A stretch of DNA of 63,152 bases, filler included, from Octopus bimaculoides (lineage: Eukaryota), in NCBI RefSeq assembly GCF_001194135.2. It is 10 parts of 9 records of this genome, joined end to end, with 100 filler letters (N's around TTAATTAATTAA, not from the genome) between each part and the next. Parts side by side here need not be neighbours in the genome. Positions count along the whole stretch, not along the records: positions 10,867 to 30,422 come from NW_026316741.1; 9 more parts are not named here. One strand, 5' to 3'. Both the position numbers and the translations under genes were made by a program. Below the pieces are notes generated by a model. It was not told the DNA's origin. It ran no database searches and saw only the letters and a list, made by a program, of their open reading frames with translations. Shown piece by piece: positions 10,867 through 24,600 of the stretch (its first letter is position 1; the number at the start of each line of letters is the position of its first letter).

Positions 10867-13800
10867 AACAAAAGAACGAATGAAAGGACGAACGAACGTA
10901 AGTACATACGAACGAAAGAACGAACGTACGAACGAATCAAACAAGGAACAAACGAACGCACGTACATACTTACGTACCTTATGCCCGTACGTACCTTATG
11001 CCCGTACCTTATGCCCGTACCTTATGCCCGTACCTTATGCCCGTACGTACAAACGAACGAACGAACAAACGAACGAAAGAACGAACAAACGTACGTACAA
11101 TCGAACGAACGAATGTACGTACGAACGAACGAACGAATGAACGAACGGACCAACGAAACAACGAAGGAACGAACGTACGTACGTAAGAACGAACGGACGA
11201 ACGAATGAACGATCGAACGAAAGAACGTACGTACAAACGAACGAACGTACGTAAGTACGTACGAAACAACGAACGAACGTACGTACGTACGAATGAACGA
11301 ACGAATGAACGTACGTACATAAGTACGTATGTAATAACGAACGAACCAACGAAAGGTCGAACGTACGTACGTACGAATGAACGAAAGNNNNNNNNNNNNN
11401 NNNNNNNNNNNNNNNNNNNNNNNNNNNNNNNNNNNNNNNNNNNNNNNNNNNNNNNNNNNNNNNNNNNNNNNNNNNNNNNNNNNNNNNNNNNNNNNNNNNN
11501 NNNNNNNNNNNNNNNNNNNNNNNNNNNNNNNNNNNNNNNNNNNNNNNNNNNNNNNNNNNNNNNNNNNNNNNNNNNNNNNNNNNNNNNNNNNNNNNNNNNN
11601 NNNNNNNNNNNNNNNNNNNNNNNNNNNNNNNNNNNNNNNNNNNNNNNNNNNNNNNNNNNNNNNNNNNNNNNNNNNNNNNNNNNNNNNNNNNNNNNNNNNN
11701 NNNNNNNNNNNNNNNNNNNNNNNNNNNNNNNNNNNNNNNNNNNNNNNNNNNNNNNNNNNNNNNNNNNNNNNNNNNNNNNNNNNNNNNNNNNNNNNNNNNN
11801 NNNNNNNNNNNNNNNNNNNNNNNNNNNNNNNNNNNNNNNNNNNNNNNNNNNNNNNNNNNNNNNNNNNNNNNNNNNNNNNNNNNNNNNNNNNNNNNNNNNN
11901 NNNNNNNNNNNNNNNNNNNNNNNNNNNNNNNNNNNNNNNNNNNNNNNNNNNNNNNNNNNNNNNNNNNNNNNNNNNNNNNNNNNNNNNNNNNNNNNNNNNN
12001 NNNNNNNNNNNNNNNNNNNNNNNNNNNNNNNNNNNNNNNNNNNNNNNNNNNNNNNNNNNNNNNNNNNNNNNNNNNNNNNNNNNNNNNNNNNNNNNNNNNN
12101 NNNNNNNNNNNNNNNNNNNNNNNNNNNNNNNNNNNNNNNNNNNNNNNNNNNNNNNNNNNNNNNNNNNNNNNNNNNNNNNNNNNNNNNNNNNNNNNNNNNN
12201 NNNNNNNNNNNNNNNNNNNNNNNNNNNNNNNNNNNNNNNNNNNNNNNNNNNNNNNNNNNNNNNNNNNNNNNNNNNNNNNNNCGAACACACGTACGTACGT
12301 ACGAACGAACAAAAGAACGAACGAACGGACAGAAGAACGTATGTACATACGAACGAAGGAACGAAAGAACAAACGTACTACGTACGAAAGAAGGAACGAA
12401 CGAACGAACGAACGAACGAACGAAAGAACGAACTAACGAATGAACGTACGTAAGTATAAATGAACGAAGATACGTACCTGCGTACGTGCGAACGAACGAG
12501 CGATCGAACGAACGAGCAATCGAACGAACGAGCGATCGAACGAACGAAAGAACGTACGTACATACGTACGTACGTACGTACGAACGAACGAACGAACGTA
12601 CGTACGAATGAACGAACCAACCAACTAAGGAACCAACGAACGAAAGAACGAACTACGTATGTAAGTAGACACGAAATATCGAACGAACGTACATACGTCC
12701 GAATGAACGAACGAACGAACTTACGAACGAACGAACGAATGATCAAACAAACGACTGAACGTTTGTACGTACGTACGTCTGGACGCACGAACGAACGTAG
12801 GTGCGTACGGACGAAATAACGAATGAAAGAACGAACGAACAAACGAACGAGCGTTCGAAGGTAAGAACGATCGAACGAACGAGAGTACGAACGTTCGTAC
12901 GTAAGAATGATCACACGAACGAACAAGCGATAGTCCGTACGTACGTACGAACGAACGTCCATACGTACGAACGAACGTACGTAAGGGTGGATGAAAGAAC
13001 GAACGAATGTACGTACATGAGTCATTAAGTACGAACGAACAAACAAACGTACGAACATACGAACGAACGAACTTACGTACGTACGAAGGAGCGAACGAAC
13101 AAGATGAACGAACGAAAGAACGAACGAACGTACGAACGTGCAAAAGAACGAACGAATGAATAAACGTACGTACTTACGTACGTATGTACGAACGAACGAA
13201 CGAACGAACGAACGGAAGAATGAACGTGCGTACGAACGTAAGTATGTACGTACGAACGAACGAACTAAAGAACGAACAAACGAACGACCGAACGAAAGGA
13301 CGAACGTACGTAGGAACATTGGAACGAACGATCTTTCGTACGTACGTACGAACGATGGAGCGAACGAACGAATGAAAGAACGAACTAACGAATGAACGGA
13401 CGTACTTACGTATGTACGACCGAACGAAAGAACGAGAGTACAAAATAACGAACGAACGAACGTACAGAGGAACGAGCTAACGAATGAACGAACGAACGTA
13501 AGTACGAACGTAAGTACGAACGTACGTACAAACGAATGAATGTACGTACGTACGTACGACCGAACGAACGAATGAAAGAAAGAACCAACGAAACAATGAA
13601 CGAACGTACCTGCGTACATACGTACGTACCTAAGAACGAACGGATGAACGAACGTACGTAAGTACGAAATTACGAACGAATGAACGATCGAACGAACGAA
13701 CACACGTACTTACGTACGTACGAACGACCAAAAGAACGAACGTAAGTACATACGAACGAAGGAACGAAAGAACGAACGTACGTACGTACGAACGAATGAA

Positions 13801-16800
13801 CGAACGAACGAAACAAGGAACAAACGAACGTACGTACGCACGTACATACTTACGTAAGTACGTACGTACGAACAATCGAACGAAGGAACGTACCTTATGC
13901 CCGTACGTACAAACGAACGAACGAACGTACAATCGAACGAACGAATGTACGTACGAACGAACGAACGAACGAAAGAACGAATGAATGAACGAACGGACCA
14001 ACGAAACAACGAAGGAACGAACGTACGTACGTAAGAACGAACGGACGAACGAATGAACGATCGAATGAACGAACTCATGTACAATCGAACGAACGAATGT
14101 ACGTACGAACGAACGATCGAAAGAACGAACGAATGAACGAACAGACCAACGAAGGAACGAACGAACTCATGTACGTACGTACGAACGAACAAACGAACGA
14201 ACGGACGAACGAACGTAAGTATATACGAACCAACGAACGAACGTACGAACAAACGAACGATCTAGCGTACAAAAGAACAAAAGAACGTACGTACAAACGA
14301 ACGAACGCACGTAAGTACGTACGAAACAACGAACGAACGTACGTACGTACGTACGAATGAACGAAGGAACGAATGAACGTACGTACGTACGAACAAATCA
14401 ACGAATGAAAGAACGAACGAACGAACGAACGAACGAACGAAGGTTCGTACGTAAGAACGATCGAACGAACGAAAGAAAAAACGTTCGTACGTAAGAACGA
14501 ACGAACGAGTGAAACGAACGACCGAACGAAAGTCCGTACGTACGTACGTCTATACGTACGTACGTACGTACGCACGCACGAACGAACGAAACAACGAATG
14601 AACGATCGAACGAAAGAACGTACCTTATGTCCATACGTACGAAAGAACGAACGAACGTACGTACGTATGTACGAACGACCGACCGAACGAACGTACGTAC
14701 GTACAAACGAACGAACGAATGAACGAACGTATGGACGATCGAATGAACGAACGTATGGACGATCGAACAAACGAACACACGTACGTACGTACGAACGAAC
14801 AAAGAACGAACGAACGGACGGACGAACGTAAGTACATACGAACGAAGGAACGAAAGAACAAACATACTACGTACGAAGGAAGGAAGGAACGAAGGAACGA
14901 ACGAACGAATGAACGAGCGTACAAAAGAACAAAAGAGCGAAAGAACGTACGTACAAACGAACGAACGAACGAACGAACGAACTAACGAATGAACGTACGT
15001 AAGTATAAACGAACGAAGATACGTACCTGCGTACGTACGAACGAACGAGCGATCGAACGAACGAAAGAACGTACGTACATACGTACGTACGAACGAACGA
15101 ACGAACGTAGGTTCGAATGATCGAACGAACGAACCAACCAACGAAAGGACGAACGTACGTACAAACGAACGAACGAACGAACGACCGAACTAACGAATGA
15201 ACGTACGTAAGTATAAACGAACGAAGATACGTACCTGCGTACGTACGAACGAGCCATCGAACGAACGAAAGAACGTACGTACATACGTACGTACGAATGA
15301 ACGAACGAACGTGCGTTCGAATGATCGAACGAACCAACCAACCAACCAACCAACCAACGAAAAGACGAACGTACGTATGTAAGTAGACACGAAATATCGA
15401 ACGAACGTACGTACGTCCGAATGATCGAACGAACGAACGAACTTACGAACGAATGAACGAACAAACGAATGAACGTTTGTACGTACGTACGTCTGGACGC
15501 ACAAACGAACGTAGGTGCGTACGGACGAAATAACGAATGAAAGAACGAACGAACGAGCGTTCGCAGGTAAGAACGATCGAATGAATGAAAGTACGAACGT
15601 TCGTACGTAAGAATGATCACACGAACGAACGAGCGATAGTCCGTACGTACGTACAAACGAACGAACGAACGCANNNNNNNNNNNNNNNNNNNNNNNNNNN
15701 NNNNNNNNNNNNNNNNNNNNNNNNNNNNNNNNNNNNNNNNNNNNNNNNNNNNNNNNNNNNNNNNNNNNNNNNNNNNNNGCACGATCGAACGTACGTAAGG
15801 GTGGATGAAAGAACGAACGAACGTACGTACATGAGTCATTAAGTACGAACGAACAAACGAACGTACGAACATACGAACGAACGTACGTATGTACGAAGGA
15901 GCGAACGAACAAGATGAACGAACGAACGTACGTACGTACGAACAAACGAACGTACGTATGTACGAACGAACGAACGAACGAACGAACGGAAGAACGAATG
16001 TGCGTACGAACGTAAGTATGTACGTACGAACGAACGAACGAAAGAACGAACGAACGAACGTACGTAGGAACATTGGAACGAACGATGGAGCGAACAAACG
16101 AACGAACGAACGTACGTAGGAACATTGGAACGAACGATGGAGCGAACGAACGAACTAACGAATGAACGGACGTACTTACGTATGTACGACCGAAAGAACG
16201 AAAGAACGTACGTACGTAAGTACAAACGAACGAAGATACGTACCTACGTACGTACGGACGAACGAGCGATCGAACGAACGAAAGAACGAACGAACGAACG
16301 TACATACGAACGAACGAACGTACCTCCATACGTACGTACGTACGAACGAATGAACGAACGAACGTAAGTACGTACGACCGAACGAACGAATGAACGAACC
16401 AACCAATGGAACAACGAACGAACGTACCTGCGTACGTACGTAAGAACGAACGTACGTAAGTACGAACGAACAAAAGAACGAATGAAAAGACGAACGAACG
16501 TAAGTACATACGAACGAAGGAACGAAAGAACGAACAAACGTACGTACGTATGTTGGAACGACCGAACGAACGAACCTGCGTACGTACGTACAAACGAACG
16601 AACGAATGTACGTACGTACGTACGAACGAATGAACGTATGTAAGGACGAACTTAGGAACGAATGAACGATCGAACGAACGAACTCAGATACGTACGTACG
16701 TAAGTACGAACGAACGAAAGAACGAACGAACGAAAGAACGAACGAACGAACGAATGAACGAACGTAAGTACTACGAACGATGACGAACGTACGTACATGC

Positions 16801-16841
16801 GAATGAATGATCGTACGTACGTAAAATCGAGAGAAAGAACG
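10867..16841 (+). repeat. ACGA/ACGT composite CpG-rich satellite, left block (ACGA orientation)
   Basis: Interleaved runs of GAAC and GTAC tetramers with single-base variants. Landmark motifs (AAGGGTGGATGAAAG, CATGAGTCATTAAGTAC, AAACAAGGAACAAACG) recur about 2.5-2.9 kb apart. Confidence 0.95.
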
Positions 16842-17769
16842 NNNNNNNNNNNNNNNNNNNNNNNNNNNNNNNNNNNNNNNNNNNNNNNNNNNNNNNNNNN
16901 NNNNNNNNNNNNNNNNNNNNNNNNNNNNNNNNNNNNNNNNNNNNNNNNNNNNNNNNNNNNNNNNNNNNNNNNNNNNNNNNNNNNNNNNNNNNNNNNNNNN
17001 NNNNNNNNNNNNNNNNNNNNNNNNNNNNNNNNNNNNNNNNNNNNNNNNNNNNNNNNNNNNNNNNNNNNNNNNNNNNNNNNNNNNNNNNNNNNNNNNNNNN
17101 NNNNNNNNNNNNNNNNNNNNNNNNNNNNNNNNNNNNNNNNNNNNNNNNNNNNNNNNNNNNNNNNNNNNNNNNNNNNNNNNNNNNNNNNNNNNNNNNNNNN
17201 NNNNNNNNNNNNNNNNNNNNNNNNNNNNNNNNNNNNNNNNNNNNNNNNNNNNNNNNNNNNNNNNNNNNNNNNNNNNNNNNNNNNNNNNNNNNNNNNNNNN
17301 NNNNNNNNNNNNNNNNNNNNNNNNNNNNNNNNNNNNNNNNNNNNNNNNNNNNNNNNNNNNNNNNNNNNNNNNNNNNNNNNNNNNNNNNNNNNNNNNNNNN
17401 NNNNNNNNNNNNNNNNNNNNNNNNNNNNNNNNNNNNNNNNNNNNNNNNNNNNNNNNNNNNNNNNNNNNNNNNNNNNNNNNNNNNNNNNNNNNNNNNNNNN
17501 NNNNNNNNNNNNNATATTCTTGTGTATGAAAAACTCATAACTTGTCATTGCATAATATATTTAACGAGTGAAGCAATTAAAAGACAATAAACATGAAATA
17601 TACTGTGATTACAGGATGCAATATTCAAGAAAGAATAATGTGTAGGGTTGTCAGGAACAGGAGATCTGGTATAGAGGTCCTTACATTATGGAAAGGAAAT
17701 TGAAAAGAGTGGGAGGTGAATATTGGAAAGAAACAAAACAAAAACAAATCTAAAATGTTTGGAAATATT

Positions 17770-18168
<399 letters not shown>

Positions 18169-18492
18169 NNNNNNNNNNNNNNNNNNNNNNNNNNNNNNNN
18201 NNNNNNNNNNNNNNNNNNNNNNNNNNNNNNNNNNNNNNNNNNNNNNNNNNNNNNNNNNNNNNNNNNNNTATGAGTTTTTCATACACAAGAATATTGTAAA
18301 GTTTACATAGACAATCACTTCAAGTAGAAAGACAGAGAGGACCACAAGGGAAGAATACGAGCCATAAGTGTAGTTTAGTGCCCCACACCAGACTGATTCC
18401 TTGTTAGTTTCTGAATAATGTTTTCTTTAAATTAAACTTTGCAGAGGTAAGTTTTCAAATGTCCAGATTAAGATTATTTTCATAAAATTGAG

Positions 18493-21400
18493 AACGTTCG
18501 TTCTTACGTGCATACTACGTACGTTCGTTCGATCGTTCTTTCTTTCGTTTGTACGTACGTACGTTCGTTCCTGCGTGCGGACGTACGTACAAACGTCCAT
18601 TCTTTTGTTCGTTCGTAAGTTCGTTCATTCGTTCGGACGTACGTACTTTCGTTCGATATTTCCCGATTACGTACGTTCGTCCTTTCGTTCGTTCTTTCTC
18701 TCGATTTTACGTACGTACGATCATTCATTCGTACGTACGTACGTTCGTTCATCGTTCGTAGTACTTACGTTCGTTCGTTTGTACGCTCGTTCGTTCGTTC
18801 TTTTGTGCTCTCGTTCGTTCGTACTTACGTACGTACGTATCTGAGTTCGATCGTTCCTAAGTTCGTACTTACGTACGTACGTACGTTTGTTCGTTTATAC
18901 GTACGGGCATAAGGTACGTTCCTTCGATCGTTCGTACGTACATACTTACGTAAGTACGTACGTTCGTTTGTTCCTTGTTTCGTTCGTCTGTACGCTCGTT
19001 CGTTCGTTCGTTTGTTCTTTCGTTCGTTCGTTCGTACGTATAGACGTTCGTTCGATCGCTCGTTCGTCCGTACGTACGTAGGTACGTATCTTCGTTCGTT
19101 TGTACTTACGTACGTACGTACCTACGTACGTTCTTTCGTTTGTTCGGTCGTACATATGTAAGTACGTCCGTTCATTCGTTAGTTCGTTCTTTCATTCGTT
19201 CGTTCGCTCTATCGTTCGTACGTACGTACGAAAGATCGTTCGTTCCAATGTTCCTACGTACGTTCGTTCGTACGTACATACTTACGTTCGTTCGTTCTTT
19301 CATCCACCCTTACGTACGTTCGATCGTGCGTTCGTACGTACGTACGGACTATCGCTCGTTCGTTCGTGTGATCATTCTTACGTACGAACGTTCGTACTTT
19401 CGTTCGTTCGATCGTTCTTACCTGCGAACGCTCGTTCGTTCGTTATTTCGTCCGTACGCACCTACGTTCGTTCGTGCGTCCAGACGTACGTACGTACAAN
19501 NNNNNNNNNTACGTACATACTTACGTTCGTTCGTTCTTTCATCCACCCTTACGTACGTTCGATCGTGCGTTCGTACGTACGTACGGACTATCGCTCGTTC
19601 GTTCGTGTGATCATTCTTACGTACGAACGTTCGTACTTTCGTTCGTTCGATCGTTCTTACCTGCGAACGCTCGTTCGTTCGTTATTTCGTCCGTACGCAC
19701 CTACGTTCGTTCGTGCGTCCAGACGTACGTACGTACAAACGTTCATTCGTTTGTTCGTTCATTCGTTCGTTCGATCATTCGGACGTACGTACGTTCGTTC
19801 GATATTTCGTGTCTACTTACGTACGTTCGTCCTTTCGTTCGTTGGTTGGTTTGTTCGTTCATTCGTTCGTTAGTTTGTTCGATCATTCGTACGTACGTTC
19901 GTTCGTTCGTACGTACGTTCTTTCGTTCGTTCGTTCGTACGCAGGTACGTATCTTTGTTCGTTTAGACTTACGTACGTTCATTCGTTAGTTCGTTCGTTT
20001 GTACGTACGTTCTTTCGTTCTTTTGTACGCTCCTCCGTTCGTTCGTTCGTTCCCTCCTTCCTTCGTACGTAGTACGTTTGTTCTTTCGTTCCTTCGTTCG
20101 TATGTACTTACGTTCGTCCGTCCGTTCGTTCGTTCGTACGTACGTACTTGTGTTCGTTTGTTCGATCGTCTATACGTTCGTAAGTTCGTACTTACGTACG
20201 TTCGTTCATTCGTTCGTCCTTTCGTTCTTACGTACATACGTTCGTTGTTTCGTTGGTTCGTTCATTCGTTCGTTCGTATGTACGTTCGTTCGTACGTACA
20301 TTCGTTCGTTCGTTTGTACGTACGTTCGTTCGTTCGGTCGTTCGTACGTACGTTCGTTCGTTCGTTCGTAAGTTCGTTCATTCGTTCGTTTGTTCGATCA
20401 TTCGCTCGTTCGGACGTACGTACGTTCGTTCGATATTTCGTGTCTACGTACGTACGTAAGTTCGTTCGTACTTTCGTTCATTCGTACGTACGTACGTTCG
20501 TCCTTTCGTTGGTTAGTTCGTTCGTTCTTACATACGTACTTACGTACGTACGTTCATTCGTTCGTACGTATGTACGTTCATTCGTTCGTACGTACGGACA
20601 TAAGGTACGTTCGTTCGTTCGATCGTTCTTAAGTACGTACTTACCTTAAAACGTACGTACGTTCATTCGTCCGATCGTTCGTTAGTTCGCACGTACGTTC
20701 GTTCATTCATTCATTCGTTCCTTCGTTCGTACGCACGTTCGTCCGTTAGTTCGTTCGTTCCTTTGTACGTACGTACGTTCGTTGTTTCATTCGTTCGATC
20801 ATTCGTTCTTTCGTTCGTACGTACGTACGTTCATTCCTTCGTTGGTTGGTTGGTTCGATCGTCCGTTCGTTTGTTCGTACGTACGTACATTCTTCGTTTG
20901 TTTGTACGTACGTTCGTTTGTTCGTTCCTTCGTCCGTTCGGTCGTTCCTACGTTCGTACGTACGTTCGTTCGTACGTACGTATTATGTACGTACGTTCGT
21001 TCGTTAATTCGTTCGTACGTACGTACATACCTATGTATGTTCGTTCTTTCATGCGTTCGTTCGTTCCCTTGTTCATTTGTTCGTACGTACATTCGTTCAT
21101 TCGATCGTTCGTTCGATCTTACGTACTTACGTTCGTTCGTCCGTTCGTTCGTTTGTACGTACGTTCGTTCTTTCGAAGGCTCGTACGTTCGTTCGTTAGT
21201 TCGTATGTACGTACGTTCGTTTATTCGTTCGTTCGTTCGTACGTACTTACGATCGTTCGTTCATTCGTTCGTTCGTTCGTACGTACGTACGTTCTTTTGT
21301 AGGCTCTTTCGTTCGTTCGATCCTTCGTTCGTTCGTACGTTCGTTCGTTCGTTCGTTCATACGTTCGTTCGTTCGTTCGTTCGTACGTACTTAGTTCGTT

Positions 21401-21638
21401 CTTTCGTTCGTTTGATCATTCGTTTGCTCGTTCGTTCGTTCGTCCGTTCGTTCGTGCGTACAGACATATGTTTCGTTCATTCGTTCGAACGTTCGTACGT
21501 ACGTACGCTCGTACGTTCGTTCTTTCGTACGTACGTAGGTTCGTTCATTCGTTCGTACGTACTTTCGTTCGTTAGTTCGTTCGTACGTACGTTCCTTCGT
21601 TGGTTGGTTGGTTCGTCCGTTCGTTTGTTCGTACGTAC
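18493..21638 (-). repeat. Same satellite in inverted (TTCG) orientation
   Basis: Reads as the reverse complement of the left block; for example 18690-18760 mirrors 16771-16841. Contiguous with the unique island at about 18490. Confidence 0.95.
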
Positions 21639-24600
21639 GTACGTACGAACAAACGAACGGACGAACGAACCAACCAACGAAGGAACGAACGTACATACGA
21701 ACGAACGAATGAAACAACGAACGTACGTAGGTACGAACGAACGAATGAACGTACGTACGTACGAACAAATGAACGAACGAACGCATGAAAGAACAAACGT
21801 ACATAGGTATGTACGTAAGTACGAACGATTTAACGAACGAACGTACGTACGAACGATCGAATGAACGAACGAACGTACGTACATTTTTACGTAAGTACGT
21901 ACGTACGAACGTTCGAACGAATGAACGAACCTTATGTCTACGTACGAACGAACGAAAGGACGAAGGAACGAACAAACGAACGTACGTACAAACGAACGAA
22001 GAATGTATGTACTACGTACGTACAAACGAACGAAGAATGTACGTACGAACGAACGGACGAACGAACCAACCAACGAAGGAATGAATGTACGTACGTACGT
22101 ACGTAAAAACGAACATGCGTACGAACGAATGAATGAACGACCTACGTACGTGCGAACTAATGAACGATCGGACGATCGAACGTACATATGTTTTTACGTA
22201 AGTACGTACGTACGAACGAACAATCGAACATACGAGCGTACGTACATATTTACGTAAGTACGAACGTTCGAACGAAAGAACGAACGAACAAGCGAACGAA
22301 TGATCAAATGAACGAAAGAACGAACTATGTACGTACGAACGAACGAACAAATAAACGAACGTACGTACGTACGTCCGAACAAACGAACGAACGAACGTAA
22401 GTACGTAAGATCGAACGAACGATCGAATGAACAAACGTACGTACGTACGTACGAATGAACGACCGAACAAACGAACGAATGAACGTACGTACGTATGAAC
22501 AAATGAACGATGGAACGAACGAACGCATGAAAGAACGAACATATATAGGTATGTACGTACGTACGAACGAATTAACGAACGAACGAACGTACGTACGTAG
22601 GAACGATCGATCGAACGAACGTTCGTACGTTTTTACGTAAGTACGTACGTACGAAATTTCGAACGAAAGAACTAACGGACGAAGGAACGAACAAACGAAC
22701 TACGTACGTACGTATAAACGAACGAAGAAAGTACGTACGTACGTACGTACGTACGTACGTACGAACGGAGGAACGAAGCAACCAACAAAGGAATGAACGT
22801 ACGAACGAAAGAGCGAATGATCGAACGAACGAAACAACGATCGTACGTACGTAAAAACGAACGAACGAACTAACGGACGAATGTGCGTACGAACGTAGGT
22901 ACGAAGGAAGGAAGGAACAAATGAATGAATGAACGTATGTACGTGCGAACTAACGAACGATCGAACGATCGGACGAACGAACGTACGTACTTTTTTACGT
23001 AAGTACGTACGTACGATCGAACGAAAGAACGAACGAACGAATGAACGAACGTACGAAAGAACGAATGAACAAACGTACGTACGAACGAACGAGCCTACAA
23101 AAGAACGAACGTACGTACAAACGAACGAATGAACGTAAGTACGTACGAACGATTGAACGAACGATCAAATGAACGTACGTATGTACGAACAAATTAACGA
23201 ACGAACGTACGTACGAANNNNNNNNNNAAGTACGTACGAACGATTGAACGAACGATCAAATGAACGTACGTATGTACGAACAAATTAACGAACGAACGTA
23301 CGTACGAACGAACGTACGTACGAACGAACGTACGTACGTACGAACGTACGTACGTACAAACAAACGAATGAACTAACGGACGAACGTACGTATGAAGGAA
23401 CGTACGAACGAACGAATGAATGAATGAACGTACGTACGTATGTACGAACGAACGCACGATCGAACGATCGGACCAACGAGCGTACGTACATATTTACGTA
23501 GGTACGTATTTACGTAAGTACGCACGTACGAACGATCGAACGAACGAATGTACGTTATGTCCGTACATACGAACGAAGGAACGAAAGAACGAACGGACGA
23601 ACGAACCAACGAACGTACGTGCGTACGGACGAACGAACGAATGATCGAACGAAAGAAACAACGAACGAACGAGCGTACGTACGAACGAACGTACGTACGA
23701 ACTTGCGTCCGATCAAACGAACGAACGAACGTTCGTACGTATTTACGTAAGTACGTATTTACGTAAGTACGTACATACGAACGATCACACGAACGAACGA
23801 TCGTACGTACGTATGTACGAATGACCGAACGAACGCACGTACGTATGTACGAATGACTGAACGAACGAACATACGTAGGTACGTACAAACGAAGGAACGG
23901 ATGATCGAACGAATGAAACAACGAACGTACGTGCGTACGAACGTACGTGCGTACGAACGTACGTACGAACGAACGGACGTACGAACGTACGTACGAACGA
24001 TCGAAGGAATGAACGAATGAACAAACGTACTTACGTACGAACGAACGAATGAACAATCGGACGAACGAGCGTGCATACGTATTTACGTAAGTACGTATTT
24101 AAGTATGTACGTACTTACGAACGATCGAACGAACGAACGAAAGAACGAAGGAACTCACGAACGAACGAACGTACGTATGTACGAACTTTCGAACGAATGA
24201 TCGATCGACCGAACGAACTCAATGACGTATGTACGAACGAACAAACGGACGAACAAAAGAACGAACGAACGGACGAACGAACAGACTAACGAACGAACGT
24301 AAGTAAGTATGTACGAACGAACGAACGAACGAAAGATCGAATGAGCGTACAAAAGAACGAACGTACGTACAAACGAACGAACGAATGAACGAACCAACAA
24401 ACGAATGAATGAACCTACGTACGTACGAACGAACGAAAGAACGAACGAACAAACGAAAGAACGAACAAACGAACGAACGAACGAAAGAACGAACATACGT
24501 ATGTACGAACGAACGAAAGAACGAACGAGCGTACAAAAGAACGAACGTACGTACAAACGAACGAACGAACGAATGAATGAACGAACGAACGAACGAATGA

